Shown: one piece after another, positions 38,367 to 50,000 of the stretch
How positions within the stretch are numbered: position 1 is the stretch's first letter
Layout: each line of letters opens with the position of its first letter
Source: Takakia lepidozioides
Taxonomy: Eukaryota; Plantae; Bryophyta
Assembly (NCBI GenBank): GCA_030704615.1
Contig: CM060732.1
Coordinates: 1,922,001-1,986,000 of the forward strand
Length of the DNA stretch: 64,000 bases
Direction of reading: 5' to 3'
Translations under genes and position numbers: made by a program
Notes under the pieces: generated by a model
Seen by the model: the letters and a program-made list of their open reading frames with translations, nothing else
What the model was told of the DNA's origin: nothing
Database searches by the model: none

Positions 38367-39388
38367 TGTCGCGCGGCTTTTACTCACCCATCCCTTCGCT
38401 ATTCGAGGCGGAAACTCCAAGATTGAAGAGTTGGAAATCTCTAAGTACTCAGCCCGCGCAGAACAATCAGTCATGACCTACAGCTAGTGTATCATGGGGG
38501 TGTTTCCTATTTGTTTCCCTTTTGGTATTCATGTTAACTATCTTACCATTGATAATTAAGTATCAGTTTGCTTTATCAATCTATTGGATTCAACTCATCC
38601 ATTCATTCCACAGCTTCACTCAGATCTCTCTACACAGTGTGTTTGTATCGTAAAGTATCCGATTATGATTTATCAGGTATCAGGCCGAAGCCATTGTGCT
38701 CTAATCTGCTCTACTCATCATCTCTCTATCTTCACTTCCGTTCTTTATCTCTGCCCGATCCCCTCTCCTCTATCACCCAGAAGTCCTCCTCCGAATGCTC
38801 CCCTTCATTCCCCGTTCTCCCTTTATCTTCCTATCCGCGGTTCTAACCGTTTCCCTCACTAACCGTGTCTGTGAACTAACATGTTCCCTTCGCATGTGTT
38901 GTTCCCCACAGTCGTTCCCTGTCCTACTCTTCGTTCCCTATGATCGTGACAGCTGTGTCAAGCTGTGACTGGCTGTGTGAAACTGTGACGGGCTGTGACT
39001 GGCTGTGCGACTGTGTTTGGCTGTGTCGGGCTGTGACTGGCTGTGTGGCTGTGCCGGGCTGTGTCGGCTGTGTCGGCTGTGTCTGCTGTGACGACTGTGA
39101 CGGGCTGTGTTGGCTGTGTTGGCTGTGACGACTGTGATGGGCTGTGTTGGCTGTGACGACTGTGACGGGCTGTGTTGGCTGTGTCGGCTGTGTCGGCTGT
39201 GTCTGCTGTGACGACTGTGACGACTGTGTTGGCTGTGTTGGCTGTGACGACTGTGACGGGCTGTGTAACCCCCCTCTACAGTGCGCTGTTGTCACCCCTA
39301 AGGCTCCTGTTGGTCTCAGTCTGTGCAAAAATTAAGGGTACCCTACAGATCCCGTATAAGTGTCTAAGTCCCCGACAGTCCTCTAACA
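38367..39388 (-). repeat. 5' LTR of copy B (1022 bp)
   Basis: Matches 16301-17292; adjacent PBS at 38347-38364. Confidence 0.95.
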
Positions 39389-40039
39389 ATTGTGAATATT
39401 TGTGTATGAGAAATATACGATACGATGCTAGGGATATAGTGCAATCGATGTCATTTTACTGCCCAAATGACAAGTCAAGAGCAACAATGCACTGAGGCAT
39501 AGGCAGTTTTGCTTTAACAAGGATAGGTTGAAGACAGATGTGTTGCTAAGTATAATAGCTGACTTTCAAGAAATCGATGAACTGAGATTGATTGAATAGA
39601 TAAGTGCGGGCTTTGATTGTTATGGTTGTGTTAGGAGTGTGCTTAGGCCCTTCAGCTTTTAGCACTGTGTTTATTGCCCTTTAAACATCTATTTTGTACC
39701 TGCAGGTTGAGAGTGGGGAGGAGCTGCTGACACACGGTAGTACCCACAGTTGTGGAGTAGAGGCACAAATGGCCCTCAAACATTGTCAGAGGCCAAGAGA
39801 TAACGCGACAGAGAGAAATGTGCAGGGCTATCCACAGCTTGTGGAGTACCAGCATGGAAACATGTAAGAGACTGATTGTGGTTTATTCCTTGACACAATG
39901 TCAAGGACAATGTGGTGAGCGCACCTTCTTCAACCTTTTGGCAGTCTGTTTTGCCCTCTCATCATTAGGGTTGGGGTATTTGCTGGAAGAACTTCACGCT
40001 GTCAGTATGAGCTGAAGGACTGTCAAGCAGGGATAGCTG

Positions 40040-41430
40040 AAAGACTAGGGATAGAGGTCCAGATTCATCCAAGAGGACCGGGTTTCAGATGTAAGATTAC
40101 TTCTGATTCCCTGTGGATCAATAGCTACAAGAAATCTGCGTGGGTAGATGGTCAACTAGAAACATAAGCGGCAGCAGCACAATTGATAGACAAGGCACTG
40201 CTAATGAAGGCACCTTCAACACATTTCAGCCTGTTTTCCCCTGTTATCAGAGTCGTACCTAAATTTTCGTGTTGAATTCTGCAAATTAGCTGGTTGAGTG
40301 AACCTTTGATTGCTTGGAGTGACTGACATGATACGGCCAACATGTGACAACAGGGAAGTTTCCAGAAACAAGTAACAGAGACGTTCGGAGAAGCTGTGGA
40401 ATGGATACTTTTCTGACCGCAGTCATCAATGGTGGGACAATTGAGGCAAAAAGGTGAATGCCTGTGGGATTACAGAGAGTAGCAGATGCAATAGGCCAAT
40501 GACCTAGGATCAAATGATGGGGGAAGGGGTGAAGCCCAACCACATCACATTTGTGTGCATTTGTAATGCATGTGCAAGCCTGGAAGCCCTGGAAAAGGGC
40601 AAAGAGGTCCATAGTGACATTGTCAGAGCTGGATTGTACTTGATGTCATTCTGAAGTACAATACCCTGGTGGACATGTATCCAAAATGCGGGTGCATCAA
40701 GGATGCAAAGGGAGTGTTTGATAGTATGGCTGAACAAGATATGGTGTCATGGAATGCCATGCTTGCAGGATATGCACAACAGGGGCGCGAGATGGAGACA
40801 AGACCTATGAGCAAATGATGGGGGAAGGGGTGAAGTGTAACCGGATCACGTTTGTGTGTTTGCAATGCTTGTGCAAGCCTGGCAGGTTCCCTGGAAAAGG
40901 GCAAAGAGATGCATGGTGACATCATCAAATCTGGAATTGCACCTGTCATTCTAAACACTGCCCTGGTGGACATGTATGCCAAATGTGGGTGCATTGAGGA
41001 TGCAAAGGGAGTGTTCGACAGTATGGCTGAACGACATGTGGTATTGTGGAGTGATGATTGCAGGATATGCATAGCAAGGGCGCGGGATGGAGGCTTTGGA
41101 GACTTAGGGGCAAATGACAAGAAGCTGTGGAATGATTACTTTTCTGATCCTAGTCAATGGTGGGACAATTGAGGCAAAAAGGTGAATGCCTGTTACATTT
41201 CAGAGAGTAGCAGATGCAATATCAGCATAGGAACTAGTGTGATAAGCTGAGTTGGGTGTTTCCTAGAACAAATATAGGCTACTTAGCAACAAGGCAAGGA
41301 TGAATGCATCATTTGTGCATAGGCATGGATACCTGAAGGAGCAGAGATAGAATGTGGGTCCAGATTCATCCAAGGGGTCAGATTTCAAGCACAAGATTAC
41401 CTATGATTCCCTGTGGATCATAGCTATAAG
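40040..41430 (+). pseudogene. Degenerate PLS-PPR repeats interleaved with OSB-type PDF motifs
   Basis: PPR: GVKPNHITFVCICNACASL, LVDMYAKCGCIEDAKGVFDSM. PDF: KLWNDYFSDPSQWWDN (~41121-41169, also ~40391), SDFKHKITYDSLW (~41378), KITSDSLWINSYKKSAWVDGQL (~40093). Shares blocks with 15613-15945. Confidence 0.82.
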
Positions 41431-42299
41431 AAACCTTGGGTTCTTGATCTGTTGTCAAAGTCTGAAGTCTTGCATTATGAGGATCAGAAATGCTTGGCAG
41501 CTTACCTGCACGAGGCCTTGACCTTTAGGCAATCCCCTGAGCAGTAGTTGCGTTTGGGCTACTATTGTATGTAGTTGGTTGCTAGTCCAGCACTTCTAAG
41601 GAGTTTTGATATATACTTCTATGTATTTGGGAGTTGGGATGACAGTTCAAGGTGGGAGATCATGTTCGGCTACTTGATGTCAACAACAAACGCACCAAGG
41701 TTGGATGTGGACTTTTTGTTGGTCTGCAAAGGAGCGTGGTGGGTGACCGGTACCCTGTGGTGCCACTCCATTATGCTGCTCTATCCATCAAAGAGGTGAG
41801 CATAAGTAATTCTCCTCTGAGAGAGTTGGGGCAGGTGGTAGGAAACACCACAATTTGGAGCCTGAAGCTCCTGAAACATGATGCAATGTAGTTGAGAATA
41901 TGCCACCGTGGTGATATATAAATAGAGCTCTTCAATTGTAGGAGTACTAGTGGACTACTGCCCCTATGTGGGCTTGGGTTTTTGGGACTTGTAGCTTTTG
42001 AGGCTTGGTTATTTATCCATGTGGCCTTTCAGGCTTCTTGATTGTAGAGCCTTTGTGGCATCCATGGGAACATTTTTCCCATTGGATTTTTGCAGTATAA
42101 GTGACATCAGAGACAATCTATGTATTTGTGTGAAATTCTTTCATTCAATTAAATATATTGTTTTGTATAGTTAAACACATATGAATATCAAAACGATAAA
42201 TAAAATTTACATGAAATTAATAAATAAAATAGCATTAATGGTTTTATAAACTAATTGAATAAAGACATGTCTTAGATGACCTACCAGAACCAGAACAAA

Positions 42300-42714
42300 G
42301 CTATAGTGATGGAGTCATATTTGTAGTCATGAAATATGCCACATGCTACCCTCAGTGATGTAGTGAGTAATGATATACTCATAAGTGTAGTCATATACAT
42401 CCGTGGGGTCACACGTGTCATGGAGAGACCTCTTCATGTTGGCGCTCATCTGTAGTGACGTAGTCGTAAGTGTAGTCATGACACGTAGCCTTGTAGTCGT
42501 ATAATTATGACTACAACACTACACCCTACGCCACTTTGAGTCGTTGGGCAGGTGCCACGTCTGCAATGATGCCCATCACTTCGCACTTATCACTCCGCAG
42601 TGATGGTAGAACTGACTTCGTGTTTGTCACTGCATAGTGATGTAGTCATAATCGCACTTATCATTGCAAATGTAGTGATATTTGCAGTCATAAAAACGAT
42701 AATCTGTACTAGTG
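42300..42714. mobile_element. Right end of a CACTA element
   Basis: Ends TCTGTACTAGTG (reverse complement CACTAGTACAGA) exactly where integrase sequence begins; many GTAGTCAT/GTAGTGAT subterminal repeats. Partner end not found. Confidence 0.65.
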
Positions 42715-43587
42715 AGAGGTACTCACGGACCAAGGGAGGGAATTCTTGGGGGAGTTTCAGGCTTTGTGTGATAAAGCCTTGATAGACCACCGTACCACTT
42801 CTCGGGACCATCCTGAGGCCGATGGCTTGGCAGAGAGAGTGGTTCAGACAGTGAAGAGGGGTTTGCGCAAGTATGGCTTGCAAAATGGACACCTAAGAGA
42901 CTGGGATCTTCAGGTACCTTGGTTAGCCATGGGCTACAGGTTTAGCAAGCAAATATCACTTGCCTCATTCTCACCATATTTCCTTCTCTTTGGCCGAGAG
43001 CCGGATTTGCCTGCATCTATTCGCAGGGAGGCTACAGTAGTCATCAACCTTGATGATCCGGATATGTGGACACAAACATGTGCCCAACAGGCAGAGTTGT
43101 TCAAGAGGGTCATGCCTATGGCTTTTGAGAACCTTGCTATTGCCCAACACCGAGACACATTGAGGTATGCCACTATACGTGGAGGGGGATATCGGCTAGG
43201 TGTTCGGCGTTTCCACCCTGGGGACTATGTGTATCTGCAACAGACAGCGCTACGACCTTGGAAGTCACAGCAAGATGTGTGATTCTAAGGGTCAGGGAGG
43301 TGTTGCCTTCAGGAGTGTTGATTCTGGAGGGTTGAGATGGCATGGTATGGAAGGACCATGTGCGTAATTGTGCACCATATCACCTTCCACATGTGGGTGG
43401 GAGGATAGATCCCAACCTTGCAATGGTACTTGCAGGATTGCGTTGCATGCTATGTGGGCATGCTCGTGGTGCCACCACTATGCTGGAGTGTGATCGATGC
43501 TCAAGAGGTTGGCACATGGGATGCTTGACACCACCTCTTGAGAGGGTTCCTGATGGAGATTGGTTATGTCCACATTGCTTGGGATAG
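42715..43587 (+). pseudogene. Integrase C-terminus with PHD finger
   Basis: LTDQGREF..DGLAERVVQTVKR; C4HC3 finger CMLC..CDRC..WHMGC..WLCPHC at ~43444-43578; frameshift near 43250. Confidence 0.88.
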
Positions 43588-43847
43588 TGGCAGTGGATAT
43601 GACTAGTGGCAGCTAACAAGACATGGGAGGCCAAGCTCATAGGAGTCAATACCGAAGATCTCTGGCTCAAGTTTACAGGTTGCAAGACGGCGACTAATGA
43701 TGATGCAACTTATGTACCCGGCCTCTTGATCTATCGAGTTTGAGTGTAGTAGGGATAGTAGTGGAGGACTTAGTGAGGCTATGGCCACTATCACATCTTG
43801 TGGCTACCTGGACTTAGAAGGACCTAAGCGCCAGCTAGAGGGGCGAT

Positions 43848-44593
43848 AGTGATGGACTAGTGGTAGCCTAGTGGTGGCTAGTGGCAGCCTAGTGGTGGAC
43901 TAGTGGCTGCACTAGTGGTGACTAGTGGTTATCTAGTGGCAGCCTAGTGGTGCACTAGTGGTGGACTAGTGATAGACTAGTGTTTGGTGTGCACATGTGT
44001 TGTGTTGGTTTTGGACAGCGATGTAGTTGTGTAGCAATATGTATGCACACGACAGCTGTCAAGTTATTTTACCACTAGTGTGAAGTTAGCTAGGAAATAA
44101 CTAGCTTTTATATATTGACATTTGGGATTGATCCAAGTGTCAATCCAGGGGCCAATACATGTTTGGGCACCTGACGTTGTTATCTTTACGGCAGATTGCG
44201 GTGGGTTCATCTTTGTCGAGTTGAGCCTCACCGCGTCTAGCTATGGTGCCGTAGTGTGGATTCTCCATGGCTTGGGGTGCACTTGGCTCAACTTAATATA
44301 TGAGTGATGTTTTCATGTGCAAGGAGTTTGAGAGAGCTTCTGTGCTTGTGTCATTCCTTTCCTTATCATAGTGATGGACTAGTGGCAGCCTAGTGGTGGA
44401 CTAGTGGCTGCACTAGTGGGCTAGTGGCACCTAGTGATGGACTAGTGGCTGCACTAGTGGCTAGTGGCAGCCTAGTGGTGGACTAGTGGCTGCACTAGTG
44501 GTGGACTAGTGATAGACTAGTGTTTGGTGTGCACATGTGTTGTGTGGTTTTGGACAGCGATGTAGTTATGTAGCGATATGTATGCGCACGACA
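43848..44593 (+). repeat. 3' LTR of C1, starting and ending with the same ~210-bp CTAGTGG-rich block
   Basis: 43848-44054 and 44370-44593 are direct repeats, both ending ..CACGACA. Confidence 0.75.
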
Positions 44594-45821
44594 AGAGCTA
44601 AGAAAATTTAGCTCTTGTATCACAAGGTTTGCAAGGGGTTGCAAGGAAATGCGCTCAGGTGTTGTATGCACCAAGGAGTTGGAGCGCTTGAGAAGGAAGC
44701 TCTTGAGTCACAAGATTTTGCAATGATTGCAAGGAGGAAGTCTTGTGTGTGTGGAAGCAAGGATTCTAGGGTTTGAGAATCATTTGTATGCATTATGGAG
44801 TCAATGGTGTGTGCCATGGCTTGTGGAGAGCGATTAAATGATTGTTTGTGTTTATTTCATTAGCAATATAGGGTTAATCAAGTTCAAAGTGTGGATGTTG
44901 TGGAAGAGAAGCCAAGGAGCTACATAGGCTTGGGCTTGAAGACAACAAAGGCAAGCACTGGGAGAGCACTAAGAAACTCAAGAGGTCTTGAAAGGGAGCA
45001 TGTGAAGAAATCTTCCAATCATGGTGGTGTGGAGCCAAGCTTAGGGCATTGGAAGGGCTTGGAGAACATATGGTGGGAGATCCTTGAAGGGAGATCATCA
45101 TTCAATGTATGCATGGCTTCACCCTAACTATGTAATGTGACAAGAAGGGGAGACAATACTTGGCTATTCATGCTCTTGGTAGTGTGAGCTTTGTGGTGGA
45201 TAGTTGACCAAGCAAGTGGTGCATATGTGGAGCATGCTCTCTTGAGTTTATAAGTTCAAGTTTGAGAAGGGGAGCTCTTGAACTAGCAAGAGGTGAAGGC
45301 CTTGATCCATTTGTGTGTAAAGTGGAGAGGTGTTGATTCATGTTACAATGAAGGAGAGCAATACATAGGCCAAGTGGGTCATGGAATATGCATTCAAATG
45401 ACCAAGGGGAGCACATGGATGATGGATTGGTGCAAGACCCCAAGGAGGCATATGGCGCGAGAGTGGGATCCAAGGCGGATTGCTTGGGAGCATTATTGTA
45501 AGTGACAAGCATTGCTCCTACACATTGAGATAATTTGTGTTGATTTGGAGCAATTGTCAAGTGATGAGGAGACAAATGCATGATTGCTTGGCAATGGAGA
45601 TATGGTAGTTTGCAATCAAATCCCAAGGACTAGAAGGGGGATTGATTTGGTGGCTAATGACGTGCAAGTTGAGTTGGACCACTCTTGGTTGTACATTGGG
45701 GTAGAAGAGAGCAAGAAGATGTCTCTTATCACCACCTAGAGACCATATTTTTACTTGAGTAGAAGCATAGAAGTCAAGGACTTGCATTCTAACTCTTCAT
45801 TACAAACCCTAGTAGTGTATG

Positions 45822-46125
45822 CTCAGACTATATCTATATTAGTATACCAAACATGAGCTTATCCCTTTTACTATACCTCTGTTGAGGTGTCATCATATGT
45901 GAACCCTAATCAGGTCAAACTATACCTAGTATACCAAATAATAGCTTGTCCCTTTTACTATACCTCTGTTGAGGTATCACCATATGTGAACCCTAATCAG
46001 CTCAGACTATAGCTCTGTTGGTATACCAAACAGAACCCTCATTCTTAGACTATACCTCTGTAAAGGTATCATCAACTTAAGGGACCTTAGTAACCTCAGA
46101 CTATACCTTTGTTAAGGTATCAACA
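45822..46125. repeat. Degenerate ~88-90-bp tandem repeat containing the hairpin ATACCTC-TGTT-GAGGTAT
   Basis: Units start near 45822, 45913 and 46001; hairpin variants near 45873, 45960, 46052 and 46104. Confidence 0.7.
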
Positions 46126-47058
46126 TTGAAATGACTTAGTGAAATTTAAGGGCCTTTGGAGGATTGTTTGGAAGATATTTGAGGGCCATTGGAGGAGTGT
46201 TTGGAGGATCTTTGGGGTCCTTGGAGGATTATTGGAGGACACTTTAAGGAACTTTGGTGGACAATGTTGAAGAGCTCTTGAAGGATTGATTGAGGGATAT
46301 TTGAAGAATACTTGTCACGGCCATCCAAGCGAGTGGGTAGAGACAGGAGGGAGAGTGGTGGGATGAGAGCATTCTAGGATTAGGAATTGCTTTAGTCTCT
46401 CCTCCCCGTAGTCTTTCACCCTCTCTGTAGGCCAAAACCTTTCCGTAGGTGGAGGCAAGAGTCAGTCCAGGTTTGGGCTGGGGCGTCTTGTAGGAGCGAC
46501 ACTGTGGAGTGTTTTTGGTGTGGGGGAGTTACTGTTTTGATTTTCTTGTGTTTGGATCCCCTTCACACCTGCATGCTTGATTGTGCGCCATGTTAGCTTT
46601 GTGTGGGCGCTTGTTTTCATAGGAGGTTGGTCCGGATTTGATCACCGGCCAATCCTAGAGTACGCTGTCGGTGGTGAGGCTGGAATGATGACCAGCAAGA
46701 CCACCAGTGTTTTTTCTATGGTGAGGCTGGGTTGATGACCAGCAGACCATATGACTGCTTGCGGTGGATGCAGGTACAGGTGCAGGTTTATGTTACGAAT
46801 AAGCCGCAACAGGTTCTCTACCCGGTTACCATGTGGAAAGGGGGATTAGAGACAGGTTGATAGCCGGTTGGGTTGTGAGTTTTCATCACAAAGGTGCTAC
46901 CAGTTGCTGAGGGGAGTGCCGGTACGAGCACCAGCATACTAGTGGGTATACAAGACGAGGTGTGCAGTTCAGGCCACCTTCACCTTCAGTGTGTTCTGAG
47001 GAAAGGTTCAGACTCGGAGTCAGGAGGAATATTCTCGCCGAGGGTGCAAGCCATTTCC

Positions 47059-50000
47059 ATGCCATTGTTGTGGGACACGATGGAGGAGATGTATGGAGCT
47101 ACTAAAGAGCCACGTAGGTACTCTAGAGCTGTGGGCACCATCGAGCTTGATGACTTCATACAAAAGTTTGATAGCTGATGTGATTTGCAGCAGATGCGCA
47201 ATCCACAACTGTTTACATCCTTTATGGCGTGGAAGGGGCTATTCCAACACCTTGAGGGGCCGCCCATGGATGATTACCATGAGTTTAGGCGGGGACAAGA
47301 TGTACAGATTGAGGAGTGGCGACAATATTGGTCACCTAATTACGTCTCTATCACTAGAGGCACAGTGACAAGACCACAACAGCAGCTACATCAGCAGCTT
47401 CTGCAAGTAGCAGTGGAACAAGTGGATCAAGAGCTGGGACATCCACTCCAGCTCCTGCCGCAGCACCAACACCTATACTGCCTGCCTTCAACCCGATTGT
47501 GGAGTTCTTCCAAGAGTTGAGAAGGAACTACCGAGGGTGAGGACATAGAAGTTGCGAAGCTTGCAAGAGTTCCAGCGCAAGCCCACTGAGAGTTTGAGGG
47601 AGGCTTACACTCGCATGAGGCGCTTGATAAATATAACCCAAGGGGTTACGGAAGCTCAAGCAGTCCAATTCTGGTATGGGATATTGGACAAGGAGCTAAG
47701 GAAAAGGGTACGGGATGCAACTCTCCTACAAGTGGCCTGGTAATCCACCCTAGCAAATATGTTTTTGTTAGCAGAGCGGATAGAGCTCAATATGGTGGAG
47801 GAGAGAGTGGTTATGGTGGGGTTTGGCAAGGAGACACAATGAAGTGGGGCTCCTAGCCAACAACAACCAACTCCTCAACATGCTCAAGGCAACAAGAGGG
47901 CTCAGACAAAGCCCAGGGAAGGCCAGAGGGGATCTCAGATACAAAGGTCTCTTCCTTCATTCTCAGGCCAGCAATAGACGAGTGTGTCACGTTGGGATTG
48001 TGGAGGTCCACGTGTAAAGAAGAATTGACCAATGAGGGACAAAGGGTCGGCACAGCCACAGCCTATACAATTACAATGTGGGCATTGTGGCAAGTATGGG
48101 CATGAGGAGGCCCATTGTTATGACTTGCATCCTGAGCTACGGCCAGGCCAGTTCCAAGGGAACAATGGTGGCCGAGGACGAGGTAATGTAGTCCAGACAG
48201 GTAGAGGAGGCAGAGGTCGTGGTGGAGGTTGTAACCAAAACCAAGGAGCACATGGTCAAGGTCAAGGTCATGACCAAGGCATGGTGGATAGGCTTGCCCA
48301 GCTAGAGCAACATCTTGTTGCCATGGCCACTACTCATGTTGCGCCAGCTCCAAGACTTGAGGTTCAAGCCCCACCTGCACAACCTCATATGCCTAGGGAA
48401 GATCAGATTGGTATGGGCTTCATGTGTGGAGCCACACTTGCAGGGCCATTGCATGTGGACTCTACAGCTATTGTCACTCGAGCAGCAACTCGTGCTCCTG
48501 AGCCAAGGGGAGCGGATGTTTCACAAAGAGGGGAAGCAAACAAGGCTTCCCCAGTCTTTCACATTGGTCAAGACAGTGCCAACCATACCATCGATGGTGT
48601 CGGCTCGTCCAAGTGTGTCAGAGATAGAGCCACGAGTGTTATTGGGCAGAGTTGGTGTGGCTCGGGAAATGCCAGTGGGTTGTGCTGCAAAGCAAGGTGC
48701 AGCCAGTACATTGTTGGGGGTGGCTACGGTGGTTTGCCAAGCTCCATTGTTTTCTGCAATGACCATTGTAATGCCGGGGATTCGGCCAGCTGCTGTGTTC
48801 AGACTAGTGAGAGTGATGATGCATCAGCACTATCTGCGGGGATAGCAGATAAGGTACAGTCTATGGATGCCCTGGATTCGAGGGTGAAGTCAGCCACAGC
48901 TGCGCCATGGCAAGTGACAGCTGCACGGTTGCAAGAGTTGCCAGCTCGGCCAGCCATTGAGCGCAACATGGTGACTCTTGGAGTAGTCTTGGTGGACAAT
49001 CAGGATGGAGTGTTTCAGTTGAGTGGCCCAGCCATGAGGAGGTATAGGCCATTGGGAGTCTTGTTGGATTCGGGAGCACAGCCAATGATGTTGGGGAGAG
49101 TAGCAGTTGCAGGCTTGGGCCTTACAGAGGCGGATTTGGAGCCTTGCCCTTTCCAAATTCAAATATCTTTGGGTGGTTCAGAGAAGGCGCAAGGGATCAC
49201 ACGCCATGAGCTCTTCATTCGATTGCAGTCGGATCATCCTACGGATAGCTCAGTCATGAGAGCCAAAGCCATTGTTACGGACGCGATGTCATACAATGTG
49301 TTTGTTGGTGGGGCGGTGTTGTACCCCATGGGGTTTACTCTGGACTTTTGGAAGGAAACTACGTCATATAGGCTAGAGTGGCAGTCAAGGGATGGCCAAC
49401 GTGCACTGCTCCTAGTGCGATTTATTGGGAATGTAGCGGTGGATCATATGAACATGATGCCCACATTGGTTGCATTCTCAGGGGTGGTGGCTTGGGGCGG
49501 TGAGCTCTTGGAGGGCAATAACCATGCAAAGGATAGCCCACCACCTGATGAGGAGAGGCAATTGGCATACAAGGCTGAGTTGCTCCCTCATGTGCCTGTG
49601 CATAGCTCACTGTGGCGTACAGTTGGGGATTTGTAGCAAGTAGCAAGCCAGTGTGTGCAACAAGCATGGCAGGAGACATTTCCATCTGTGGGCGAGGGTA
49701 GTTTAGTGACATCACCTGGACCACCTCAGCTAGCTCCTTTGGACACAGTGCCTATTACCTGGCAACCACCTGACTCAGGGATTTGTTTGCTGGACCCATT
49801 TGGAGGCATGAGCACTGGGCTTACAGGAGTGTTGCAGGCAGTGATTAGAGTACGAAAGTACTTGTATGTGGAGAAGGATGAGATAGCTCGGCGTATTTCA
49901 ATGCGCCACATTGCCTTGCTCACACACCAGTATCCTGAGTTCAAGGGTGCCAAAAGGCCTTGCTAGCAGATATTACCATGCTGCCATTGACTTGGTGATA

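Larger units (their letters stand above)
16301..39388 (-). mobile_element. Full-length Ty3/gypsy copy B with a nested ~10-kb MULE
   Basis: Two near-identical LTRs, PBS 38347-38364, PPT 17293-17308. Flanks GTTGT (16296-16300) and ATTGT (39389-39393) form a 5-bp TSD with one mismatch. Confidence 0.95.
42715..44593 (+). mobile_element. 3' fragment of PHD-integrase Ty3/gypsy (copy C1)
   Basis: Integrase C-terminal half and PHD, PPT AGAGGGGCGAT ending at 43847, LTR 43848-44593; homologous to 53243-54920. Confidence 0.85.

Noticed and set aside
41440-42100. CACTA accessory-gene remnant (VGDHVRLLDV..VGCG)
   Set aside because: The resemblance is too weak to support by eye.
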